A DNA stretch of 64,000 nt from an uncultured archaeon (GCA_964342815.1 CAYFHS010000009.1:1-64000); one strand, 5' to 3'; numbered from the stretch's first letter, positions 1 through 10,032 are shown. Notes: generated by a model from the sequence alone, not told the origin. Numbers and translations: made by a program.

Positions 1-144
1 AGGGAACATTCCCGTCCTGGCCAACACGTAAGTTGACCAATGGTGCAGCAACACTGAGTGTTGCGGAGCAAAGCGGGCACGTCTTTACCAAGAAGACAGT
101 CAATTTGTTCCCGTCTTTACGTGACAGGTCCTTCAGGTATATCC

Positions 145-3100
145 TTACTTGATCTGTTCTTCGAATAGAAGCCTCTTTCCGGCTCTCAGCTCGAAGAAGA
201 AACCCGGTTCGGCAAATCCCGGTGAATCAGTGCTCCCGTCGTCGTCGACATGCTCGAAGCTCTTTATCACGAAGCGATCACCTATGGACAGTTTACCATC
301 ATGGTCGCCGTCTCGGAAACTGATGAAGGTCTGGTCGTCAATGGGCTTCCCGTAGACGTTCGAAACTCTGTGCTGACCGTTGCTCATGTCACGTCGATCG
401 GAGCTGAATAACGTAAAACGAAGGTCCTCAACCGAAAGATCGTTCTCTGCGGTAAGGGTCTCCACCTTCAGCACGTAGTCCTTGTTCACGGTCCGAGTAT
501 CCGGCTCAACGTTGACGATTCCACCGACACCATCTTCTTTACCGGTATCGACGAGACCCGAGACCCATAACCAGAGCACTCCAGCGAGTACTATGGTGAT
601 GGCCACCATGAGGATGATGGCGATCACTGGAGACACTGCTTCGCGGTCCCGCCGATATCCTTTCTTCCGTTTTTTGCCAGAGTAGAAAGTGCTTCCCACG
701 GCAAGACCCAGTAGAGCGATGCCCATGGCCGCAACTGACGGCGCAAAGGATGGTGTGACACCTGCAGGTCGAGCTCTTACCGCGTACAGCTCCACAGTCA
801 CCCGATTGTTGTCGTTGGTCTTCTCGAAGAGCTTCATGTCAGTACCACCGATCACCTCATCAACCTCTATCAAAATATAGTTCTTGCTGTCGTCATTGCC
901 GGGACGCCATATTTTTATATGCTCGTTGAAACTTTCCCATGGAATCTTGATATTGACGTCCTCTATACCTTTCGGATGAGTGTTCAGGTCATCGAATCGC
1001 ACTGGTTTTCGAGCCAACTCAGTAAGCTCTTTGCCGTCCTTATCCACCAGGCTGACTTTTACCGATACCTCGAATAGATCACCCAGAGCGGAGTATTGGC
1101 TGTCTTTCCCCTGGTTTGTAACAGGCATGTCGTAAAAAATATTTGCCTTGAAGTTCATTTCATGGCCCGCAAGAATGTGATTAGGTTCGATCCTGTTAGA
1201 TTCCAGCCATACATCCTTGTCGTTCAAAACTCGTACCGCGATATCCCGTTTGACCTCGCGCAGGTCACGGGGGCATACAGCTGTGACGGCAATTTTCCCG
1301 ATTCTCATGGAATAACCGGAAATCGAATCATAAACTACACCTTCGTCCTCCGGACCGAAGTAAGCAATGGCTTTGAATTCTCCATCGTTCAGTATGTTGG
1401 GTGATTCATTTGCCTTAATATTCGTGTCCGCACGCCAAGAGGTGCTTTCTATAACCACATCATTGCCAAATTCATCGAAACCTTTTACGGAAAAGTGTTG
1501 AGTGGCTCCAACTTTCACGTCCACCGTCACGGGATCTGCATCTGGACCGCCCGGAAGCGCCTCCAAGTGATCGAGGAAAGTTGGATGTACAGTTACAGTC
1601 TTGGTGAATCCCTTTATTCCCTGAAGATCAATCTTGGATCTGAAAGTGATGTTCACTTCCCCGGCTATAAAAAACTTTAACGGTTGACCAGGGTAATTGG
1701 TTGCCACGCCGTCCACCATATTCAGTATTACCGAACCACCACTGCTCTGCCAGGGTTCTGGGACTTCCTCCGCATTCTCGGTCACGAAGTCATGAGTAAC
1801 TATTATAGGTGCATCGTACGTCGAGGATGGATTGCCCATTTTATCTGTACCGTAGACGATTAAATACAATTCATCACCGGCGTGATAGCTGCCTTCCCAT
1901 CCAGGCATTTTAGGTGGATCATATTCAACATGCAGGGAATTTACCGGACCTGCCACGACATTGATGTTAGCGGGTTCGCCGATAGGGACAGCCACGGTCT
2001 CGAACACTATTGTTGTGGGGCCAATACCATGGTAAGTTAAAGGCGTTATGATGAAATCATGGCTCCCCTTGTCCTTGTCGGTATAGGTGTAATATTTACC
2101 TCTTCCATCCTCTTCCAGTTTGTCCTCAAAATCTACCTTACCAGCGGTTACCTTAACGTACATTCGATCTCTCCAATCGAAACAAGCATTGCCGTATGCA
2201 TCTTCAAGGGATACCGTTATTATACCTGGCTCACCAACAACATAAGAATCTTCTTTGTATATCGTGCCCTGGGAAACCGGACCTGAAGATAAAGTGACGG
2301 AATACCCGTCTTCTTCACCGGATGCCACGTGAGTTACGAAAACTGTCCCCTTATCACCGGGTTTTCCCCCAGTAACCCTGATCATCTTCTTGTGGGGGTA
2401 CGGCTGACCTGTTCTATTGTCTATTACGTTAACGAACTCAACACTATCGCCGAGATTGACTGCGCGCCAGTTGTTAAACTCCTGAGCAGGCATGACGCCC
2501 GGTGGATCCTGGTCGTCATAGGATTCCATTGTAAGAAGCGAACCGGGATCATTCTGTTTTGCCCCATTATTGGCTATCACATCCCCTTCCAATTTTGCAA
2601 ACGAGAATGCCTGGATCCTGAGGTTGGGTATATCCACCACATGGTCGATCTCATCTTCATCCCAGGAATAATAGGTTACCGTAACAGGGCCAATACTGCC
2701 GTAAAAACCATCCGGGGACGAAAGATCGAATTCTATCTCAAACTCGTCTCCATCGGCCACGAAATCATCTTCGTTTTCATCTGCAGAGGACCAAGTTACC
2801 TTGTCAATATTTTCATCACCGTCAATGATCAGCCCATCCGCCTTTTCGTAAGTGAATCGAACCTCTTGAGCAACTGGATCGCCACCGCCAATAAATGTGA
2901 TCTGGGCCTTTCCATGATCGGAATTAATACCATTGGAGTTATTGGGATTTTCTCCATCGTTATATGACCCACCACCACCGCCATTTCCCCGGTGATGGTC
3001 ATGGTAACCACCAGCACCGCCGGAGTAACCGCCACCACCGCCGCCGCCACCGGTGTTCCCGTGTGTAGAACCTCCACCTCCGAAACCTCCGAAAGCCTGG

Positions 3101-6100
3101 CTGTATGAACTTCCCCTCTGTCCTTCACCCCCGTTTGTAAAACTTCTCCCACCGTAACCGTATGAGCCCCGACTTCCGTCGCCAGAGAGTCCGCCGCCTC
3201 CAGAGGCACCTGAACGGGATTCTCCACTGCCGCCGCCTCCGTTTCGCCCGCCGGCACGCCCCCAATTATTGTTCTGGCCGTTCTTTGAAGTTGTGCCGTG
3301 AATATTGGCGGGGTGATTTGAATTGTAATAATATTGGCCACCACCGCCTCCGGCAATTATAAGAGGTGTGTTATCGTTCTTTGTTATGAAGGTTCCTCCG
3401 CCGCCGCCACCAGAACGATAAGCTCCACCCTTCTGTCCTATGAGTATTTTTATGGTCTCTCCTTCGGTCAGCTCGAAATCACCTTTCATCCGGGCTCCTT
3501 TTCCACCCTTTTGGTCTCCCCCCTTAGCTCCCCACGTCTCCATTGTATAGGTCCCGGATTTCGGCACCTTCCATTCCTGTATCCCACGCCTATTGATGGT
3601 GATCTGTCCCGCCAGATTGGTATTTGAGTATGCTGAATTGACCTGGGCTTGTGTCGGCCCACGGTACTGGGTGGCCCCGCAGTTGGAGAAATTATACACT
3701 ATCGGTTCCGCCCGCGAACCACCACCGCCTTTGTTCCAGTCGAAACCGGTAGAGCCTGATATCGTAACTTTCACGGCAGCTGAATCCGGATCACCCTGAG
3801 TTTCGGCAAAGATGGTGAAGGGATCGGGCTCGTATTCGAAATCAATATTTAATTGAGGTACAGTGAAGATGTACTGCACTTTAGAGCTGGATTCAAGATA
3901 GATCTCGTCCCACAGTATTCCCTCATTTTTTATTTTTCCACTGCCATATTGCTGGAATCGGATATACAGGTCTTCTTTAGCATCAACGGATCCATTTGGA
4001 AGAATATTCAACAGGTCCAGGTTCTCTACTAAAGACCATTTCGCGGCAGCATTGGGCTGCCATACCCGGTACCAGTTTTCATTGTCAATGCTCACTGCAA
4101 TACCGTCATAATTATGCGGCAGCATATTCTTTCCGAAATTAGCTGGCATGACCTCGGTATTCCCGTAAATCTCCGCTGCAAAGGAGAGCTTCAGGCTCGT
4201 TACTGAATCTTCTCCAGCATCCAAACCGATGTGAAGCAGCAGCTGGTTCAGGTTCGGCCCTCTACCGGCTCCAGTATCCATGACCCAGCATGTAGTACCT
4301 CGCTCTTCGGGATCATAGGCATCGAAACCCGGGTCCGGGATTTCCTCGTAAAGAATGATTTCAACCTTCCCATGATCATTATTCACTCCCGAGGAATCGC
4401 TCTTGTTTGAGCCGTTGTTGTAGGAACCTCCTCCTCCGCCGTTGCCCCATGTCGCATTATGATATCCACCAGCCCCACCCGAATAACCCCCACCACCGCC
4501 GCCGCCACCTGAATTGCCGTGAGTTCCGCCACCGCCGCCAAAACCGGAAAATCCATAGTAGTTATGTCTTCCACCTTCACCTCCGTTCACGAATGCCCGT
4601 CCCGGATTCCCGTAACTGCCACGGCCCCCGTCTCCAAGGAGACCACCCCCACCACCGGCTCCGCCTCCCCTATCACCCTGACCTCCGTACCCGTTGCTGC
4701 CGCCTGACCTACGGTTCGTGCTCTGCCCATTTTTTGACGTTGTGCCATGTTGGTAATTCTGAACACTTGAACCATACTGCCCTCCGCCTCCACCACCGGC
4801 GATCACCAGAGGAGAATTATTCGACATCACTACGTATGATCCTCCGCCTCCACCGCCTGCACCATATCCATTACCACCTTTCTGGCCGACCAGTATTTTC
4901 AATCGGTCTCCCTTGTTCAGTTTGAAATCACCCTTCATACTGGCCCCGCGTCCGCCATTGTCATTGTAACGTGTACCGTAACCGGCCCGGGCTCCCAGGG
5001 TTTGGATGGTATAAGTTCCCGTTTCCGGAATAACCCATTCCTGGATCCCACGTCTTTTGATGGTGACTTTGCCAGCCAGATTGGTATTCGCATACGAGGA
5101 ATTGATCTGACCCTGCGTTGGACCGTAATATTGGGTAGCGTTGCAGTTGGTGAAGGTATATTTTGCCTTCTCATTCATTCCAGGTTCGGTGTTTATTCTC
5201 TCATTACGAGCGTTTTCCCCATCGCTGCTGTATATACTCCACGCCGGACCGAATTCAGACTCTTTGAATTCCTCGGAAAATGGCTCTTTGTAATAAACAC
5301 CAAGAATTTCCGGTGGAGTTGTGATCTTTAGTTTTCCGTGACCATTTTGCACCCCTTGGGTATGTTTAACATCCTGGCTGCCGGATTTGACATAGCTGCT
5401 TCCACCACCACCCCCGCCACCATTAATATAATTGGCATTACATCCTCCTCCCCTTGATCCACCCCTTCCGCCACCATTTTGAGTTCCACCGCTACCACCG
5501 TAGCCTCCATTGCTTCTGCCACCTGTACCGCCAGTGGTACCTCCTCCGACTCCTCCGTTGCCGCTGCTGCTATTGTAGGAGGAACGACATCTATCTTGAG
5601 CATCACCACCTCTCCCTCCCGAACCCTGCGTGCCGTTGTAACCGTTCCGGGAACCATAATCACCGCAGCATTGGGATATACCAGATCCTCCTCCGCCACC
5701 TCCATAATATCCCCCGCCTCCACCGCCCCCGCCACCGGGATAATTACCACCACCTTTACCGCCACCGCCACCAGCCACCAGTATCCTGTTGCCCCATCCT
5801 GTGCCGTTTCTCCGAATATCCGTCCCTCCACCGCCACCGCCTCCGTGTCGGCTGTAATTCGAATAACCTCCCTGGCCTCCACCGTTCCATCCTGGAGAAC
5901 GATTTCCGTGTTGATCGGCTCCCTTTCCCCCTACATATATATATAGTGTTTCTCCAGGGGTCACCGCAAGTCGGGCATGGACTTGCCCACCCTTCCCTCC
6001 GGAACCGCCCTGAGCTCCGTAGGCGTCCACTTCGATGAAATTTGTACCATTGGGGACAACCCATGATTGCCGCCCTCCAGTATAGGAAAATTCTTTTGAT

Positions 6101-7227
6101 ATCCCAGTACCGTCCTTGTATTTGAAACCGTATTCCGCGGAAGCTCCTTTTTTCTCAATCAGGGTTATCTTGGCCTTTCCATGACCTGATTGAACCCCGC
6201 TTGAGGTCGTACCCTCGCTTACTCCACCGACGTAACCGGAACCCCCGCCGCCGGCTGCTCCACCGCAACCGTCAGAGCCTCCGCCACCGCCATAGAATCC
6301 TCCGCCACCGCCACCGCCGCCCTGATACCAGCAGGCATTTGCTCCGTTACCACCTTGGCCCAGTGATGCATTACCGCCATTACGACAGGCATTAACTCTT
6401 CTTTGGCCACCTCTTCCACCGGCGTTCTGAGTACCACCATCGCCAGGATTTCCACAGCACCAAAGACCACCTCTAGCACCGCTTGCTCCACCACCATTTC
6501 CTCCACTTGCACCATACCTTCCACTAGCTGCCTGACCACCACCGCCGCCTGCCACTATTACCCTATCCTTTAACGCCTTACCTCCAATCCGCATGTCCGT
6601 TCCACCTCCGCCGCCGTATGATGATCCGTAAGCCGTCCCTGTTCCCGCCGTCCCTCCGCCGTTCCATCCACCTCCTCTATTCTGACCCTTACCACCCACA
6701 TAAACACCAATTGTATCATTGGCATTAACTTCCAGCTTACCTTTGGAATATCCCCCTTTTCCCTGCGTTGGACCACCTTGTGCCCCCCAAACTTCAAACT
6801 GATAAACACCGCCAACTGGGACTTTAAAATCTTCCGGAGAACCTTTATAACTGAGATCCCAGGTATCTCCTTCTTCCGCATTTCCTCTAGATTGTGTTTT
6901 ACTTTTCATTTCAAGATCAACAGGATCGCCTGAAAAGATCAGTTCCCCGTTATTTGATATGCTATCGATCTCTGGTAAATTTCCGATACTCCCATCCGAA
7001 TATCTTGCGGCCATGGAGTAGCTTAACGTCGATGTTCCTCTGGAGTTATCGTGCTGCTGCGGGAGAAAGACCACTTCGTTGATGACTGCCTCCTCACCAC
7101 CTATCTTCTCGAATGCAACACCAACGAGTACGACCAACCCGGCTAATATAAGCGCTGACAGGACGATCCAAATGCCAATCTTAATATAAAGACTACGTTG
7201 TAGTTCAATTTTTTTCTGTTCGTTCAT
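145..7227 (-). CDS. Giant surface adhesin (N-terminal TM, four Gly-rich ALK/LTK-like domains, jelly-roll/Ig-like stalk, TM) fused to a C-terminal archaeal type IV pilin
   Basis: 2360-aa ORF. N-terminal hydrophobic anchor IGIWIVLSALILAGLVVLVGVAF. Four domains of the type (FxYTG or YxFxNCxAT)...GAxGG...GGGGGGT/S...VIAGGGGG...GGGGGGYxGG...GGGGGS...GHGKxxIT. TM APSVAAMGIALLGLAVGSTFYSG, then KKRKKGYRRDREA-VSPVIAIILMVAITIVLAGVLWLWVSGL (DUF1628-type pilin N-terminus). Confidence 0.9.
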   Translation of the reverse strand: MNEQKKIELQRSLYIKIGIWIVLSALILAGLVVLVGVAFEKIGGEEAVINEVVFLPQQHDNSRGTSTLSYSMAARYSDGSIGNLPEIDSISNNGELIFSGDPVDLEMKSKTQSRGNAEEGDTWDLSYKGSPEDFKVPVGGVYQFEVWGAQGGPTQGKGGYSKGKLEVNANDTIGVYVGGKGQNRGGGWNGGGTAGTGTAYGSSYGGGGGTDMRIGGKALKDRVIVAGGGGGQAASGRYGASGGNGGGASGARGGLWCCGNPGDGGTQNAGGRGGQRRVNACRNGGNASLGQGGNGANACWYQGGGGGGGGFYGGGGGSDGCGGAAGGGGSGYVGGVSEGTTSSGVQSGHGKAKITLIEKKGASAEYGFKYKDGTGISKEFSYTGGRQSWVVPNGTNFIEVDAYGAQGGSGGKGGQVHARLAVTPGETLYIYVGGKGADQHGNRSPGWNGGGQGGYSNYSRHGGGGGGGTDIRRNGTGWGNRILVAGGGGGKGGGNYPGGGGGGGGGYYGGGGGGSGISQCCGDYGSRNGYNGTQGSGGRGGDAQDRCRSSYNSSSGNGGVGGGTTGGTGGRSNGGYGGSGGTQNGGGRGGSRGGGCNANYINGGGGGGGSSYVKSGSQDVKHTQGVQNGHGKLKITTPPEILGVYYKEPFSEEFKESEFGPAWSIYSSDGENARNERINTEPGMNEKAKYTFTNCNATQYYGPTQGQINSSYANTNLAGKVTIKRRGIQEWVIPETGTYTIQTLGARAGYGTRYNDNGGRGASMKGDFKLNKGDRLKILVGQKGGNGYGAGGGGGGSYVVMSNNSPLVIAGGGGGGQYGSSVQNYQHGTTSKNGQSTNRRSGGSNGYGGQGDRGGGAGGGGGLLGDGGRGSYGNPGRAFVNGGEGGRHNYYGFSGFGGGGGTHGNSGGGGGGGGYSGGAGGYHNATWGNGGGGGSYNNGSNKSDSSGVNNDHGKVEIILYEEIPDPGFDAYDPEERGTTCWVMDTGAGRGPNLNQLLLHIGLDAGEDSVTSLKLSFAAEIYGNTEVMPANFGKNMLPHNYDGIAVSIDNENWYRVWQPNAAAKWSLVENLDLLNILPNGSVDAKEDLYIRFQQYGSGKIKNEGILWDEIYLESSSKVQYIFTVPQLNIDFEYEPDPFTIFAETQGDPDSAAVKVTISGSTGFDWNKGGGGSRAEPIVYNFSNCGATQYRGPTQAQVNSAYSNTNLAGQITINRRGIQEWKVPKSGTYTMETWGAKGGDQKGGKGARMKGDFELTEGETIKILIGQKGGAYRSGGGGGGTFITKNDNTPLIIAGGGGGQYYYNSNHPANIHGTTSKNGQNNNWGRAGGRNGGGGSGESRSGASGGGGLSGDGSRGSYGYGGRSFTNGGEGQRGSSYSQAFGGFGGGGSTHGNTGGGGGGGGYSGGAGGYHDHHRGNGGGGGSYNDGENPNNSNGINSDHGKAQITFIGGGDPVAQEVRFTYEKADGLIIDGDENIDKVTWSSADENEDDFVADGDEFEIEFDLSSPDGFYGSIGPVTVTYYSWDEDEIDHVVDIPNLRIQAFSFAKLEGDVIANNGAKQNDPGSLLTMESYDDQDPPGVMPAQEFNNWRAVNLGDSVEFVNVIDNRTGQPYPHKKMIRVTGGKPGDKGTVFVTHVASGEEDGYSVTLSSGPVSQGTIYKEDSYVVGEPGIITVSLEDAYGNACFDWRDRMYVKVTAGKVDFEDKLEEDGRGKYYTYTDKDKGSHDFIITPLTYHGIGPTTIVFETVAVPIGEPANINVVAGPVNSLHVEYDPPKMPGWEGSYHAGDELYLIVYGTDKMGNPSSTYDAPIIVTHDFVTENAEEVPEPWQSSGGSVILNMVDGVATNYPGQPLKFFIAGEVNITFRSKIDLQGIKGFTKTVTVHPTFLDHLEALPGGPDADPVTVDVKVGATQHFSVKGFDEFGNDVVIESTSWRADTNIKANESPNILNDGEFKAIAYFGPEDEGVVYDSISGYSMRIGKIAVTAVCPRDLREVKRDIAVRVLNDKDVWLESNRIEPNHILAGHEMNFKANIFYDMPVTNQGKDSQYSALGDLFEVSVKVSLVDKDGKELTELARKPVRFDDLNTHPKGIEDVNIKIPWESFNEHIKIWRPGNDDSKNYILIEVDEVIGGTDMKLFEKTNDNNRVTVELYAVRARPAGVTPSFAPSVAAMGIALLGLAVGSTFYSGKKRKKGYRRDREAVSPVIAIILMVAITIVLAGVLWLWVSGLVDTGKEDGVGGIVNVEPDTRTVNKDYVLKVETLTAENDLSVEDLRFTLFSSDRRDMSNGQHRVSNVYGKPIDDQTFISFRDGDHDGKLSIGDRFVIKSFEHVDDDGSTDSPGFAEPGFFFELRAGKRLLFEEQIK

Positions 7228-7606
7228 AATTATACCTCAATTTTCAACTCCCATACGTTTTGGAATTGGGAAAAAAACATCGTGCTATGATTATATATAG
7301 ATAACGGATGTTGTTGGAAAGTTAAAGAATCAAAAGAAGGTTATACAATACATGTAATTTCCTTATAATCCCCCCCCAACGGTTCATCAAATTAATTTTC
7401 GAGAGACGTAAAGTTCATATTTTGAACTGAATAGGCCCTGGAATTTAATTTACGGAACATCAGACCTAATTGAATAATAAATCGATATTATATAACCAAT
7501 TTATCTTTATCAATAATATAGAAAACAGGTTTTTCGTGATGGCGCTATTCGGCAAAATACAAATTCCACCGTTAGGGTAAAATAGCAACATGCCAATCAT
7601 CAGCCG

Positions 7607-8260
7607 ATGCTCTCCAAGCCTGTGCAGGATATGATTAATTGGACTAGAGCCAAAGCTAAGGAGAGGTTTCCCCATGCTACAATTTATTTAAAATATAAAA
7701 TATACAAATATTTCACCATTGGCCGTTACAGTACAGCCATAGTTGGAAGGAAAAAAGTAAAAAAATATGTGAGGAAGACCTCGGAACTAGATTTTATAGA
7801 GCAGTACGGCTACAAACCAACCCGAACAAACCTGCTGCGGGATCATGAATTCTATAAGCTTCGCGGTGTACCTGTACCAAAGATTATAAAAATTAAGGGA
7901 ACCGAGAAGAGGCCGATATTCTATTTTCAGAGAACAGTCGATCTCGATCAGGGAGATACGGAAAATATGTTCTGCGGCATGGTTGACATATCCCACTCGG
8001 TTTTAAAGAAAGGGTACCACTTCGACATAATGCCAAAAAACTTCGGTTTGATAGACAGCAGGCTGACCTTTCGCGATACTTTTGGAATAAGAAAACGGAA
8101 GGGCTTAAGAGAAGAATTGGATATTATGATAAAAAAGATTGTAAAGTTCGACCGACTTGTTTTCAACATATCAAGCGAAAAGAAGAGAAGGTTCGAAAGA
8201 ATCGTGAAGAGTTATGTCAATAAAAAATATAAAAAAATGCTTGAGGATGAGCCTGTGTGA
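7607..8260 (+). CDS. Minimal protein-kinase-like fold protein (RIO/Bud32/Kdo-kinase-like), very basic
   Basis: Motifs in kinase order: IGRYSTAIV (Gly-loop-like), VKKY (Lys), GVPVPKII, YHFDIMPKNFG (HxDxxxxN), RDTFG (DFG-like). Confidence 0.65.
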   Translation: MLSKPVQDMINWTRAKAKERFPHATIYLKYKIYKYFTIGRYSTAIVGRKKVKKYVRKTSELDFIEQYGYKPTRTNLLRDHEFYKLRGVPVPKIIKIKGTEKRPIFYFQRTVDLDQGDTENMFCGMVDISHSVLKKGYHFDIMPKNFGLIDSRLTFRDTFGIRKRKGLREELDIMIKKIVKFDRLVFNISSEKKRRFERIVKSYVNKKYKKMLEDEPV

Positions 8261-8317
8261 ATACAGCTTTGTGTGGGATACCTCCTACTGAACTTAGCGA
8301 ATAATTCGGGTGAATAT

Positions 8318-9577
8318 ATGTACCTTACTAAAGAAGAGGAGAAAAACCTTTCCGGTGATAAGGGCGAAACCGTTGCGGAAGCCATTGATTACATGGTAAA
8401 GTTCGGGGAAGCCTTCGATGCAGAACGGCTTCTGGATATAGTATACGTCCATTATCCCGCCGAAATGGCCATATATGAAGGGAGTGTAGAAGACCTTTTA
8501 GAATACGCAGAAAAAAGACCCAGGGTATCGGTTCCAACGACTTCGTCAACATTATGCATGGACCTGGACCAGTGGAAGGAAATGGGAGTACCGGAGGAAC
8601 TCGCAATTAAACAGTATGAGGTGGTAGAGCCCCACAAAGAAATGGGTGTCTTGGGTACCTATACCTGCACACCGTATCTTTTGGGTTTCTTACCACCCAA
8701 AAACTCATACATTGCATCGGTTGAATCGTCGGCGGTTATCTATTACAATTCAATGCTCGGTGCCTGGACGAATCGGGGAGGTATATTTACAAAATTCTCC
8801 GCGGTTTGCGGTAAATACCCCGAGATGGGTTACATGCTCCGGGAGAATAGAAAGGGCACGCATTTGTTTAAAATGAATATTGAGAAAGAAAAACTTCGGA
8901 CATTCCTCGACTACAATCTCCTAGGTATACATATTGGCTCCATTGTGGGCAGCGAAATTCCCGTTCTGGATCGGATTCTTACAAAAGAACAGGAACATAT
9001 CATAGGTATGGGTGCAACTCTCGCCACTTCCGGGTCCGTTTCCCTTTATCATATCCCGGGAGTAACAGCCGAGGCAAAGAGCTTGGAGGACGCTTTTCAC
9101 GGCGATTATCCCGGGGAAACCTTTACGGTTGACATCTCCGACCTTGAAGATGCAAGAGAACAGGTGAGTACCATTGACGGCGGAGTGGTTGATTTTGTTC
9201 TACTTGGATGCCCTCATTATAACCTCGAGCAATTGAGAGAAGTGGCATTAATGCTCAAGGGAAAAAAGATCGCAAAGGGGGTGAAGTTATGGGTATGCAC
9301 GAACCGTATGACAAAGCATGCTGCCCAATGGCAGGGTTATGCACAGTTGATTGAGGCTGCTGGAGGCAAGGTTGTTTGTGATTCATGCCCCGTGGAATCC
9401 CACATGAGAACGAGCACCTGTAAGAGCTACGGACTGGCGACACCCTATATCGAGGTAATGGCTACAGAGTCGGGAAAGATGGCGAGGTACGTAAAAGACC
9501 TAATTGGCTGCGAAACTTTATTAATCGATCGAAAGAACTGTATCAAGGCCGCTCTGAACGGCAGATGGGGTGATTGA
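8318..9577 (+). CDS. Aconitase X catalytic (large) subunit, DUF521 family
   Basis: MYLTKEEE N-terminus, TCTPY, ESSAVIYYNSMLGAWTNR, LGCPH, CDSCPV (three cluster cysteines). Start moved from ORF-track 8273 to ATG 8318, which follows a GGGTGA RBS. Confidence 0.9.
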   Translation: MYLTKEEEKNLSGDKGETVAEAIDYMVKFGEAFDAERLLDIVYVHYPAEMAIYEGSVEDLLEYAEKRPRVSVPTTSSTLCMDLDQWKEMGVPEELAIKQYEVVEPHKEMGVLGTYTCTPYLLGFLPPKNSYIASVESSAVIYYNSMLGAWTNRGGIFTKFSAVCGKYPEMGYMLRENRKGTHLFKMNIEKEKLRTFLDYNLLGIHIGSIVGSEIPVLDRILTKEQEHIIGMGATLATSGSVSLYHIPGVTAEAKSLEDAFHGDYPGETFTVDISDLEDAREQVSTIDGGVVDFVLLGCPHYNLEQLREVALMLKGKKIAKGVKLWVCTNRMTKHAAQWQGYAQLIEAAGGKVVCDSCPVESHMRTSTCKSYGLATPYIEVMATESGKMARYVKDLIGCETLLIDRKNCIKAALNGRWGD

Positions 9578-10007
9578 AATTACCGATGAGGATTTTACGG
9601 AACGGATAAGATGCAAGGGAGTGGTCAAGGGTGTTGCCGAGGGTAAAGCCCTGGTAATGAAGAAGTCGTTTGCCTTCATGGGGGACGTTGACATGGCCAC
9701 CTCGGAGATAATAGCAAAAGAGCACGAGCATTATGGTAGAAAAATCGCCGGAAAGATTATGATCTATCCCGAGACGAAAGGTTCTTCCGGTGGTTGTGTA
9801 GTCCTGATCTCACTGGCCAAACTTGGCTTGCAACCCGCAGCCATAATAAACTTAAAGATGGCTGATTACAACCTTGTGGAAGGTGCAATACTTGCTGGAA
9901 TACCACTTGGATGTCTACCTGAGGATGACCTCACTAAGATGATACAGACCGGGGATATGGTAATGCTCGATACAGAAAACGGTTGGATCCAGCGTATGGC
10001 GAAATAA
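9570..10007 (+). CDS. Aconitase X swivel (small) subunit, DUF126 family
   Basis: GVAEGKALV, FMGDVD, IAGKIMIYPETKGSSGG, PAAII, GAILAGIP. Overlaps the large-subunit stop by 8 nt. Confidence 0.9.
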   Translation: MIEITDEDFTERIRCKGVVKGVAEGKALVMKKSFAFMGDVDMATSEIIAKEHEHYGRKIAGKIMIYPETKGSSGGCVVLISLAKLGLQPAAIINLKMADYNLVEGAILAGIPLGCLPEDDLTKMIQTGDMVMLDTENGWIQRMAK

Positions 10008-10032
10008 TAAACAATTTAACCTCGGTGAGGCT

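Noticed and set aside
1-144. Open minus-strand frame running off the window (…VKTCPLCSATLSV…)
   Set aside because: No clear start and truncated by the window edge, so there is too little to call.
2829-6542. Many 60-195-aa alternative-frame and antisense ORFs (e.g. 5454..6038+, 5479..5946+, 5328..5882-, 4407..4925+) rich in His/Arg/Thr/Ala
   Set aside because: These are shadow frames of GGN/GGY glycine codon runs in the 145..7227 gene and have no independent motifs.
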